Assembly (NCBI GenBank): GCA_041554135.1
Contig: JBFFML010000001.1
Span: 95,459 to 159,458 of the forward strand
Origin: Thermoplasmata archaeon
GTDB taxonomy: Archaea; Thermoplasmatota; Thermoplasmata; UBA10834
Length of the DNA stretch: 64,000 bases
Reading direction: 5' to 3'
Below the pieces are notes generated by a model, which worked only from the letters and a program-made list of their open reading frames with translations, had not been told where the DNA came from and searched no databases. This document shows, piece after piece, positions 17,065 through 25,348 of this stretch (its first letter is position 1; the number at the start of each line of letters is the position of its first letter). The position numbers and the translations under genes are program-made.

Positions 17065-18188
17065 TGTCGCTCTCCTCCGAAATATCTCCTCTGTTCGTTC
17101 ATGATCCTGCTGAAATCAGACGGATCGTCCGCCACCGCCGCGTCGGTCAACTCATTCAATGCCGCCGCCATGAGCTCCGTCACGGTCGGGGTGTTCGGGT
17201 TGAGCCTCTGTATGTCATGGTACACCCGCCTGCTCTCCGCCGACGTGCCGCGCGCGAGTCCGCAGAGCCTTCGGAACGAGGGTCCCTGGACCGCCTTCAG
17301 CTCGTCGAACGATGATCCTGACATGATCGTTGTCATCCCGAACAACAGGGCGGAGATGTGGGGGACGCCAAGTACGCTCGCGATCAGTCGGTCGTGCCGG
17401 TCCAGCGGCACGTCAAGGACGTTCGCCCCCGCTCGTTCGAACAGGCTTCTCGCCGCCGAATCCGCCTCCGAGCTGCCGCAGCCGCAGATGATTACGTTCT
17501 CCCCTCTCGGGGTCGGTGACGCGGGGCCGAACATCGGGTGCACGCTCGTGACCTTCAGGCCGTCCGCCGCCGCGGAGAGCATGATGTCACTCAGATGTGA
17601 CTTGACGCTGCAGAGGTCGAACACCACGCCCTGAGGTCGGAGGGCGAGGACACGCTCCATGTCCTCCCTCGACGTCCCCAACGGGCTCGCGATGACGATC
17701 ATGTCCGCCTCGGATGCCTTTCCGTCGAGCGACTCCAAGTTGTCGTATCCTTCGAGCGCTCCCCTCGGATCGAACACGGACACCGCGGCCCCTCGGTTGG
17801 AGAGGAACCTCGACATCCAAGCCCCCATCTTGCCGGAGCCGACGACCACGACCTCCGTTGCCGCCTGGGCGTCGTCAAGGTCATCCTCCTGGACGGCCAC
17901 GGCGCCGTCTATCAGGGAGCGTGCGATGTTGACGGCCGTCTCGCCGGGGATGTCCAGCCGCCCCGCGAGCCCCGCGATGGCGGTGACGACGCGCTCCTCC
18001 TGGGCAGGGTCCCTGACGGCGATGCCGTCCTTCTTCTTCGTCCTGCCGACCTCGCGTGCGATCTCCATCCGCCTGTCGACGAGGGCGAGTATCTCCTCAT
18101 CGACCGCCCTTATGTCTCGCCTTAGCGCGTCTATCTCGGCCTGCGTCGTACGAACCCCCCCTGGAGCATGAGGTCGAGTATCACGCAC
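17061..18188 (-). CDS. tyrA: Bifunctional chorismate mutase / prephenate dehydrogenase; 5' end uncertain
   Basis: AroQ chorismate-mutase helix pattern: EIDALRRDIRAVDEEILALVDRRMEIAREVGRTKKKDGIAVRDPAQEERV. Prephenate dehydrogenase part: VVVVGSGKMGAWMSRFL...VTSVHPMFGP. The only canonical in-frame start is GTG 18188, which gives a 58-nt overlap with aroC. See the finding for alternatives. Confidence 0.8.
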   Translation of the reverse strand: MRDTRPHAPGGVRTTQAEIDALRRDIRAVDEEILALVDRRMEIAREVGRTKKKDGIAVRDPAQEERVVTAIAGLAGRLDIPGETAVNIARSLIDGAVAVQEDDLDDAQAATEVVVVGSGKMGAWMSRFLSNRGAAVSVFDPRGALEGYDNLESLDGKASEADMIVIASPLGTSREDMERVLALRPQGVVFDLCSVKSHLSDIMLSAAADGLKVTSVHPMFGPASPTPRGENVIICGCGSSEADSAARSLFERAGANVLDVPLDRHDRLIASVLGVPHISALLFGMTTIMSGSSFDELKAVQGPSFRRLCGLARGTSAESRRVYHDIQRLNPNTPTVTELMAAALNELTDAAVADDPSDFSRIMNEQRRYFGGERQ

Positions 18189-19222
18189 GCCGCGGAATTC
18201 TCGACGACTGGAACTGCGCGTGGGACGATGCAAGGGTCGTGCCGGCCCTTCACGATCAGCTCGACCGGTTTCTTGCTCTCCATGTCCACGCTCATCTGCG
18301 GCCTCGCTATGGATGAGGTGGGTTTGAACGCGACCCTGAAATCGATCGCCATGCCCGTGGATATCCCTCCGAGGACGCCACCGGCGTTGTTCGTCTTCGT
18401 GACGATGCGGTCCCCCTTCACGGTGTACTCGTCGTTGTTCTCGCTGCCACGCATCGACGCGGACCTGAATCCGGAGCCGAACTCGACACCCTTGACGCCT
18501 GGTATGGAGAACATCATGCCGGCCATCTCGCTCTCTACGGACTCGAAGAACGGCTCGCCGACGCCGCACGGCACCCCGAGGACCGTGCATCGAACGACTC
18601 CGCCGACGCTGTCCTTCTCCTCGTGCGCCCTGACTATCTCGTCCCTCATCCTGTCGGCGACGGCCCTGTCCGCGCATCCGACGGCGTTGGCCCGCGCCAG
18701 TTTCTCGGCCGCGCTGAACGGGATGTCCTTGTCCAGCGTCACGTCGCCGACCTGTACCGTCTGTGCGAGCAACCTCACCTTGTGTCGGCTGAGCACCTGC
18801 CTCGCCACAGCCCCGGCGAAGACGAGCCCGACCGTCATCCTGCCGGAGAACTGTCCTCCGCCGCGGTGGTCGTGCGCGCCTCCGTGCTTGCACGCGGCCG
18901 TGTAGTCGGCGTGTCCCGGCCTGGGCACCCTGACGAACGCGTCGTACGCCGATGAGTCGAAGTCCTTGTTCTTCACGAGGCCGACCATCGGGCCGTCCGT
19001 GGTCCGACCGTCGAGCAGTCCGGACACTATCTCGAGCTTGTCTCGCTCCACCCGCGGAGTGCTCACGGAGCTCTTCCCGGGCGACCTCCTGTCGAGCTCC
19101 GCCTGGATCGCCTTCTCGGAGATGCGTTCCCCTGGCGGGCAGCCCTCGACCGTGGCCCCTACGAACGGTCCATGGCTTGAGCCGAACAGGCTCACTCTGT
19201 AGGCCGAGCCGTAAGTGTTCAC
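18131..19222 (-). CDS. aroC: Chorismate synthase
   Basis: From GTG 19222, preceded by GGAGGTGAGGAA: VNTYGSAYRVSLFGSSHGPFVG...RPGHADYTA...GGGQFSGRMT...NNAGGVLGGISTG...KGRHDPC. GTGA overlap with the aroA stop. TAG stop. Confidence 0.92.
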   Translation of the reverse strand: MNTYGSAYRVSLFGSSHGPFVGATVEGCPPGERISEKAIQAELDRRSPGKSSVSTPRVERDKLEIVSGLLDGRTTDGPMVGLVKNKDFDSSAYDAFVRVPRPGHADYTAACKHGGAHDHRGGGQFSGRMTVGLVFAGAVARQVLSRHKVRLLAQTVQVGDVTLDKDIPFSAAEKLARANAVGCADRAVADRMRDEIVRAHEEKDSVGGVVRCTVLGVPCGVGEPFFESVESEMAGMMFSIPGVKGVEFGSGFRSASMRGSENNDEYTVKGDRIVTKTNNAGGVLGGISTGMAIDFRVAFKPTSSIARPQMSVDMESKKPVELIVKGRHDPCIVPRAVPVVENSAACVILDLMLQGGFVRRRPR

Positions 19223-20481
19223 TTCCTCACCTCCACCCTGCAACCGAGCTGATGCAGGTCTCTTATGAATCCCGGGTATGACACCTTGTGGGATTCGTGA
19301 TCGTCTATGACGGTCTCCGTCGTGGATACCAGAGCTGCAATCGTTGCCGCCATAAGTATTCTGTGGTCTCCTTCGGTATCCACCCTGGCCCCGCTCAACC
19401 TGGGGACGCCTATTATCTCGCAGCCGTCCTCGGTGGGGAGTATCCTAGCCCCCATGTCCTGCAGGAATCTCGTCGTCACAGCGATGCGGTCGCTCTCCTT
19501 CGCGCGCAGGTTCTCGCCGCCGCTGAGGACCGTCTTCCCCTCCGCGAGCGAGCCGATGACCGCGAGGACGGGGAAGAGGTCCGGCGTGTCCCTGACATCT
19601 ATTTGCGTGCCCTTCAGCTCGCCAGCGCCCGCAGTGACGGCGTGCTTCGTCCTCGACACCGACCCTCCGAACCTGATCAGGTGGTCCACGATGGCCATGT
19701 CGCCCTGAGGCGACTCCTCGTCCAGCTGCCGGACCGTCACGCGGCCACCGGTCAGCGTGCCAGCGGCCAGCAGGAACGCGGCCGAGGAGTAGTCTCCAGG
19801 GACGGCGTAGGTCTCCCTCGAGAGCGACTGCGCGCCCGGCACCTCGAAACCAGACGGCGTCTCCGTGGCAGCGCCTCCGAACCTGCGAAGCATCTCCAGC
19901 GTTATGTCGACGTACGGCCTTGAGGTCATCCTGCCCTCGACGTCCAGTCTCGTGTCGCCTTCCTTCTGAGTGCAGGAGATGAGAAGTGAGGACAGGAACT
20001 GAGAGCTGACGTCGCCTCTGATCACCGCGCGGTCCCCGAGTATGGGACCCTTGATGGTCAGCGGTGGCCTGCCAGGATCGCCTATGTAGCTGCAGCTGGC
20101 ACCGAGCTGCGTCAGCGCGTCGACCAGCGGTCCCATCGGCCTCTTCACGAGACTGGAATCGCCCGTGAGCGTGGTCGGCGAATCCAGCAGGGACGCGACC
20201 CCGGTCATGAGGCGCATGGTCGTGCCCGAGTTGCGCGCGTCGATCGTGTCCTTCGTGGGCTTCAGCTCGTCGAGGTGGAGCCTTATGTACGACTGCTGCA
20301 CGTCGACATCTGCGCCCATCGCCTGAAGCGCATCGAGCGTCGCCTTGGTGTCGTCGGAGACCAGGGGCGCCTTGAGCGAGAAACGCGCCTTGGTGAGAGC
20401 GCCCAGGACCATCGCCCTGTGTGTGTACGACTTCGATGGCGGGGCGGTGACAGTGCCGCTCGCGGTAGACGATTTTATCAC
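19219..20481 (-). CDS. aroA: 3-phosphoshikimate 1-carboxyvinyltransferase (EPSP synthase)
   Basis: From GTG 20481: VIKSSTASGTVTAPPSKSYTHRA...NSGTTMRL...LVKRPMGPL...SSQFLSSLL...SRPYVDIT...VPGDYSSAAF...LRAKESDRI...DHRILMA. Confidence 0.92.
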   Translation of the reverse strand: MIKSSTASGTVTAPPSKSYTHRAMVLGALTKARFSLKAPLVSDDTKATLDALQAMGADVDVQQSYIRLHLDELKPTKDTIDARNSGTTMRLMTGVASLLDSPTTLTGDSSLVKRPMGPLVDALTQLGASCSYIGDPGRPPLTIKGPILGDRAVIRGDVSSQFLSSLLISCTQKEGDTRLDVEGRMTSRPYVDITLEMLRRFGGAATETPSGFEVPGAQSLSRETYAVPGDYSSAAFLLAAGTLTGGRVTVRQLDEESPQGDMAIVDHLIRFGGSVSRTKHAVTAGAGELKGTQIDVRDTPDLFPVLAVIGSLAEGKTVLSGGENLRAKESDRIAVTTRFLQDMGARILPTEDGCEIIGVPRLSGARVDTEGDHRILMAATIAALVSTTETVIDDHESHKVSYPGFIRDLHQLGCRVEVRK

Positions 20482-21344
20482 AAGAGGCGCGGTACCACCT
20501 CCCTCGAGCAAGTCTGGTTCAGGCTCGTCGTGATGATGTCGCCTTCGTAAGCCCTCATCGCGGTCGTGATGGCGTCGACATCGGCCTCCTGGCAAAGCGC
20601 GACCGTCGCCGGGCCCGTGCCCGTGATGCCGGCCGCGTAGGCGCCCTTGGCCCGTGCGGCCTCGGCCACCTCGTCGGAGAGGTCCAGTGCTTCCGCGCAC
20701 AGCCTCGAGTTCAACTTCGTGGCCTCTGGATACTCCCCTCGGAACGCCAAGTCGAGAGCCTTCTCGAACTCGTCCATGCGCTCCGCGAACCTTGTGGCGT
20801 CCACGCTGCTCTTAGGGATCATCCTGTCGGGGACATGTATCACCGCGACGAGGTCGCCGTCGATCGTGTCGGATCGGAGTACGCGTCTGCGCCTGTTGTC
20901 CGTCACCACGACCCCGCCGTGGAAGCACGCCGCGGAGTCGTCGAACGCCCCCGTGACGGTCACACCTGCCCTGATGGATTCGTCGATGCCGATGCTGAGC
21001 AGCTCGTCGTCCGGGAGGTCTTCGCCCAGCGAACGGAGGGTTGCCAGGACCACGGCGTTCGTTACGGCGCTGCTGCTCTTGAGCCCTCTGGAGATGGGTA
21101 TCTCCGACATGACCTCCACGCTGCCAGCGACCTCTCCGGCTCCCACGGCTTCCGCGACACGCCTCACGCATCCTGCGACGAGGCCATCCTCTTCCTCCGA
21201 ACCGTTCACGCGCAGTCCGCCGCTGCCTTGGACGATGTCCACTTTCGCATCGGTCTCGAGCGAGATGCCGACAGCCGCTCCTCTTCCGGAGGCGATCGCG
21301 TTCACTATGGAGCTGGCGCCTCTGCAAGCAGCCTCGCCTATCAT
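20478..21344 (-). CDS. aroK: Archaeal shikimate kinase (GHMP-kinase superfamily)
   Basis: From ATG 21344: MIGEAACRGASSIVNAIASGRGAA...IPISRGLKSSSAVTNAV (GHMP motif II)...AGITGTGPATVAL. ATGA overlap upstream and GTGA downstream. Confidence 0.85.
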   Translation of the reverse strand: MIGEAACRGASSIVNAIASGRGAAVGISLETDAKVDIVQGSGGLRVNGSEEEDGLVAGCVRRVAEAVGAGEVAGSVEVMSEIPISRGLKSSSAVTNAVVLATLRSLGEDLPDDELLSIGIDESIRAGVTVTGAFDDSAACFHGGVVVTDNRRRRVLRSDTIDGDLVAVIHVPDRMIPKSSVDATRFAERMDEFEKALDLAFRGEYPEATKLNSRLCAEALDLSDEVAEAARAKGAYAAGITGTGPATVALCQEADVDAITTAMRAYEGDIITTSLNQTCSREVVPRLL

Positions 21345-22840
21345 CGCCCCACCGCCTTGATGGCCGCACGCCTCATCTTCGCGACGTCGGGCTCCTTTCC
21401 GGTCCATATCCTGAACGCCTCTTCGCCCTGCCGCACGAGCATCTCCAGTCCGCCATGAGCGACACACCCGTTATGCCTTGCGACCTCCATGCTCCTCGTG
21501 GTGCTCGGGTTGTACACAAGGTCGACGAACACGCGGCAACCCTTCAGCACGCCTTCAGGAAGGGCCATCGCCTCTGATGGCGTCCCCTTTGTGCCGACTG
21601 GAGTCGAGTTCACGACGACATCGAAGCCGCCGCCATCGTCCGCCATCGAGGCCAGTGAAGCCCACTCCGCGCCGAACCGCCGGGCGAGGCCGGCAGCCTG
21701 GGAGGGGCGTCGGGCGGCTATCGTGACGACGGCGCCCTCATTGAACGCCGCGGCACAGACGGCTCGGGCCGCCCCACCCGCCCCTACGACGAGCAGGCTG
21801 GCACCGTTGATATTCACCTTTTTGGATTCAACTAGCTTCTCAAATCCGTACACATCGGTGTTTTCTCCAACAATCCGCCCTCTCCTTCGTGCGATCGTGT
21901 TGACCGCGCCCGTGGAACCCGCGGAGCGGCCATTCGTGTCGCATATGCGGTGCGCCCGCTCCTTGTGTGGGATGGTCACGTTGAGGCCGCGGAACCCCAG
22001 ATCGAACAGCGTCGAGACAGCGTCCCTCGTCATGTCGCCACGCGGGAAGTCGAGCAACATGTACACGCCCTCGAGCCCGACGCTCCTCAGGGCGGCCTCC
22101 TGCATCGGTTTCGACACCGAGTGAGCAACCGGGTGACCGATCAGCCCCAGTCTCGTCGAGCCCTTGTCAAGCAGCCGCTTCTGCTGGCCGACCTCCAGCT
22201 GGCCTGGCGCAGCGGGCCGCCCTCTTAGACACGCGTACGCGAACATGGAGCCAAGGTTCTCAGCGCACACGCGCGTCAGCTGGCCCTGGACGCCCAAGCC
22301 CATGAGGGCGAACCTCCTCCTCCCCTTCTTGAATTCGAGGGCGACCTTGGCTAGCGCTATCGCGTGGCCAGCGTGTTCGCACGGCATCGCCACCTTGCCT
22401 ATGTGCGCGCCGTCGCACGCCTTGGTCAGCTTGGCGCGGACTTCGCGCGTGCTCGCGCTTCCGCTGAAATGATGCGATGATATGACCTTCGGCCGCGACG
22501 ACGCGCCGTCCAGCTCATCGAGCAGGCGTCCGTCCTCGACGAGCTCAAGGTCGACGTATTCGAAGCCGGCGTCCATGACCTTCGAGAGCAGCCTGCGCCT
22601 GCGCTCCCCCCTCAGCCTCCCCCTGCCGCCCTCCGATGTCGAACGGTACGTGGCGATGGCTGGCCCGTCCACTGCGGCCCGGATGTCGTCCAACATGCCA
22701 GCCCTCTTCGTGAGGCCAGCCACATGGTCCAGCCGTACCTCGACGACATCGGCTCCGGCGTCGAAGGCGCATGTGGACGAGCGAGATACTCCAGCGATGC
22801 TTCTCTCGACAAGAGAAGCGACAACGAGCGTCATCGTCAC
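21341..22840 (-). CDS. aroDE: Fused type-I 3-dehydroquinate dehydratase / shikimate 5-dehydrogenase
   Basis: One continuous frame. AroD part: VVEVRLDH...ATYRS...VISSHHF...GKVAMPC...APGQL. AroE part: LGLIGHPVAHSVSKPMQ...GLNVTIPHKE...GAVNTI...GENTDVYGF...LVVGAGGAARAV...VVNSTPVG...DLVYNP. The start is either GTG 22840 (GTGA overlap) or ATG 22834. Confidence 0.88.
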   Translation of the reverse strand: MTMTLVVASLVERSIAGVSRSSTCAFDAGADVVEVRLDHVAGLTKRAGMLDDIRAAVDGPAIATYRSTSEGGRGRLRGERRRRLLSKVMDAGFEYVDLELVEDGRLLDELDGASSRPKVISSHHFSGSASTREVRAKLTKACDGAHIGKVAMPCEHAGHAIALAKVALEFKKGRRRFALMGLGVQGQLTRVCAENLGSMFAYACLRGRPAAPGQLEVGQQKRLLDKGSTRLGLIGHPVAHSVSKPMQEAALRSVGLEGVYMLLDFPRGDMTRDAVSTLFDLGFRGLNVTIPHKERAHRICDTNGRSAGSTGAVNTIARRRGRIVGENTDVYGFEKLVESKKVNINGASLLVVGAGGAARAVCAAAFNEGAVVTIAARRPSQAAGLARRFGAEWASLASMADDGGGFDVVVNSTPVGTKGTPSEAMALPEGVLKGCRVFVDLVYNPSTTRSMEVARHNGCVAHGGLEMLVRQGEEAFRIWTGKEPDVAKMRRAAIKAVGR

Positions 22841-23877
22841 TTCTCCTGTATGGTTTCCTCGACATACATGCCGAAATGCCTTCCGCCCTTCTCCAGTCGG
22901 AGGAGGATCGGGTCTCCCAGCTTGAGCTTGGACACCGACACCACCTTCCCGCCCGAGTACACGCGGATAGTCTCTGCGTTCTGGACTATGGTGGAGTAGC
23001 TGTTGCCGTCCACTTCCGCCTCTATCAGCAGGAGTGGCCTGAGCTCGACCTTGGTCCTCCCGACGACGGCCGTCCTCGTGTGACCCTCGGAGTCCACCAC
23101 GAGCACCTCCTCGCCCCCTCGGAGTTCTGAGAGGTACCTCGTGGTCCCGTCGGGCATCAGTATGTAGGCGTGGACGGGCCCGGCGTTCACCCTGAACGGC
23201 CTGGTCGCCGCGTACTCGGACTCTATCGTCTCCGAGTGGATCAGAAACATGCACGACGACTGGTTGCCTATGAGCATGCCCTCGCCCACACGGAGGACGG
23301 AGCATGTGTCTATGCAGACCCTGTCGCCGAGCCCGAGCTGTCTCAGCACCTTGATCCTACCCTCTCTGAGCGACAGCGTCGGCGAACGCGCGTCCATGAT
23401 CTTCCTCAGCTTGGCGAGGTCGTCGCCTTTGGCGGGGATGAACAACACGCCATCCGCACCGTGTTCCATCGTCTCGAAGAACAGCTTGGCCTCCTCGGCC
23501 GTCCTCGCGAGCATGAACAGCTTCGCCTTGGCCCCTTTGAAGTGCACGATGAGGTTCTCGAGCGGTATGACCTTCCAGTCCTTCGCGGATATGACCACGT
23601 AGTCCTCCTTGTCCGCGAGCTTCTTCGCCTTCAGCTCGTCCTCCTTCCCGCCTATCTCCACGAGCTTCCCGACGGGCTTGCCCCCTTCCGTCAAGCTCTT
23701 GCCAGAGAGCATGACCGCTCGGAACCTTCCCAGCTTCGTGAGGTTCGAGTCCCTCCCGTCGAGGACTATGGTGTCGAACCCGTTCTCCAATGCGCTCAGG
23801 ACGATGTTCTTCCTGCTCTCCTTGTGTGGCTGGAAGATCGCCCCGATCCATACCTGGCGATCGTTCAGAGGGGTCAC
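22837..23877 (-). CDS. aroB': 3-dehydroquinate synthase II (archaeal, MJ1249 type)
   Basis: GTG start in a GTGA overlap. VWIGAIFQ...NGFDTIVL...DRVCIDTCS...GEGMLIGNQSSCMFLIHSET...RPFRVNAGPVHAY, characteristic of DHQS-II. Confidence 0.85.
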   Translation of the reverse strand: MTPLNDRQVWIGAIFQPHKESRKNIVLSALENGFDTIVLDGRDSNLTKLGRFRAVMLSGKSLTEGGKPVGKLVEIGGKEDELKAKKLADKEDYVVISAKDWKVIPLENLIVHFKGAKAKLFMLARTAEEAKLFFETMEHGADGVLFIPAKGDDLAKLRKIMDARSPTLSLREGRIKVLRQLGLGDRVCIDTCSVLRVGEGMLIGNQSSCMFLIHSETIESEYAATRPFRVNAGPVHAYILMPDGTTRYLSELRGGEEVLVVDSEGHTRTAVVGRTKVELRPLLLIEAEVDGNSYSTIVQNAETIRVYSGGKVVSVSKLKLGDPILLRLEKGGRHFGMYVEETIQEK

Positions 23878-24659
23878 CGCCTATATGCGTCCTGTGGGTC
23901 CATGCCCTGGAGAACAACCTTCCCTATCGCCCTCGTGATGAATGATATGTCGTCGTGCTGGAACACGTTCCTGCCTATCGAGACACCCTTTGCCCCAGCG
24001 GCCATCGCGTCGCCCACCATCTTCAGCAGGTCGGGGTCGGAGCCCATCTTCGGACCGCCGGCTATGACCACCGGGATCGGTGTGCCCTTGACCACCTCTC
24101 TGAACGAATCCGTCGATCCAGTGTAGTTGGTCTTGACGATGTCGGCCCCCAGCTCCGCCGAAAGGCGGGCGCAGTGCTTGACGGCCTCGACGTCGAACTG
24201 GTCCTTCACGGCCTTTCCCCTAGGGTAGCACATCGCGAGCAGCGGCAGGCCGAGCTCCGCGCATCTGTCCGAGACGAGGCCGAAGTCGGCTATCATCTCG
24301 CTCTCCGTGTCGCTACCTATGTTGCAGTGTATGGATATCGCGTCCGCGCCAAGGGCGGCCGCGGAGTCCACGCCGGCGACGAGGACCTTGGCGTTAGGGT
24401 CCGGCGAGATAGACGTGCTCGCCGATATGTGCACGATCAGTCCCAAGCGTGAGCCCACGGCGGGCCCGAGATGTGGCACGAGACCCTTGTGCACGACGAC
24501 GGCAGAAGCCCCGCCATCAGCGAGTTTGTCGACAGTGCTCCTAATGTCTGCTATGCCCTTGACCGGTCCGAGCGAGATGCCGTGGTCCATCGGGACTATG
24601 ACGGTGTTCCCGCTCTGCTGGTCGAAGAGACGTCTGAGCCGGATCGTTTTGCCAATCAT
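23874..24659 (-). CDS. aroA': 2-amino-3,7-dideoxy-D-threo-hept-6-ulosonate (ADH) synthase, class-I aldolase (MJ0400 type)
   Basis: GNTVIVPMDHGISLGP...AVVVHKG...IHCNIGS...GADIVKTNYTG (Schiff-base Lys context)...PVVIAGGPK...GVSIGRNVFQH. First gene of the array. Confidence 0.85.
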   Translation of the reverse strand: MIGKTIRLRRLFDQQSGNTVIVPMDHGISLGPVKGIADIRSTVDKLADGGASAVVVHKGLVPHLGPAVGSRLGLIVHISASTSISPDPNAKVLVAGVDSAAALGADAISIHCNIGSDTESEMIADFGLVSDRCAELGLPLLAMCYPRGKAVKDQFDVEAVKHCARLSAELGADIVKTNYTGSTDSFREVVKGTPIPVVIAGGPKMGSDPDLLKMVGDAMAAGAKGVSIGRNVFQHDDISFITRAIGKVVLQGMDPQDAYRR

Positions 24660-24728
24660 TACTACCTAACTCCTGCCGTGCTAAACCTTGTCAATGTGGT
24701 CGCCATTGTGCAGGACCTATAAGGCCCT

Positions 24729-24743
24729 TGCTACTGTGTAGCA
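24729..24743. promoter_or_regulatory. Perfect 6-3-6 palindrome TGCTAC-TGT-GTAGCA in the divergent promoter region
   Basis: Read directly from the sequence. It lies between the TATA-like CCTATAAGG (24716-24724) of the minus-strand operon and the TATA-like ATTTATCT (24771-24778) of the ACT-regulator gene. Confidence 0.35.
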
Positions 24744-24770
24744 GTGCGAAGGCGTACAATATGTGGCAAT

Positions 24771-24778
24771 ATTTATCT
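24771..24778 (+). promoter_or_regulatory. TATA-box candidate for the ACT-domain regulator gene (near-leaderless)
   Basis: CAATATTTATCTATTAC lies about 31-38 nt upstream of ATG 24809. Confidence 0.4.
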
Positions 24779-24808
24779 ATTACTGTACATGTATCGTCAT
24801 CGATTGGC

Positions 24809-25309
24809 ATGTGGGACAAGATAGCTAACTACTTCGAGAAATACCCGTCCCAAGCGAAGGTGGCGAGGTACCTCCTGAAGTATGGACTGCGCATAGACAG
24901 GGATCATGTGTACTGCGGGGATGTGCAGATAGCCGATTCCGCCCTCGCGAGAGCAGCGGGCGTGGACCGAAGGGTGGTGAAGTCCACCATCGAGACGATC
25001 AAGGGCGACGCCGCTCTCCTGAAGTTCTTCTCCCAGCTGCTCCCGACGAACCACCTGAAGAACGCCGCCTCGGCCATGGGTTGGAGCGCGATCGAGATCG
25101 TGCCGATGAACGCGCACGAGCCTGGCATCATATCCGGTGTCGCGGAGATACTGTCCAGGTCCAACATAAGCATACGGCAGGCGATCGTTGACGACCCGAT
25201 GACATCCGAGGAGCCGAAGCTGTTCATAGTCACGGAGAGCACCGTACCCTCGGAGACCATACCTCTGATACGTCAGGCGAAAGGCGTCAAGGGCGTGACG
25301 ATCTACTGA
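24809..25309 (+). CDS. ACT-domain regulator of amino-acid metabolism (COG2150-like, N-terminal HTH-like region)
   Basis: From ATG 24809: MWDKIANYFEKYPSQAKVARYLLKYGLRI... The C-terminal ACT-like part reads IEIVPMNAHEPGIISGVAEILSRSNISIRQAIVDDP...LFIVTE. The upstream 27 codons of ORF 24728.. span the promoter. Confidence 0.6.
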   Translation: MWDKIANYFEKYPSQAKVARYLLKYGLRIDRDHVYCGDVQIADSALARAAGVDRRVVKSTIETIKGDAALLKFFSQLLPTNHLKNAASAMGWSAIEIVPMNAHEPGIISGVAEILSRSNISIRQAIVDDPMTSEEPKLFIVTESTVPSETIPLIRQAKGVKGVTIY

Positions 25310-25348
25310 GGCGTCGTCCGTCCGTCGTCGCGAGTCCATCCGGGGAGT

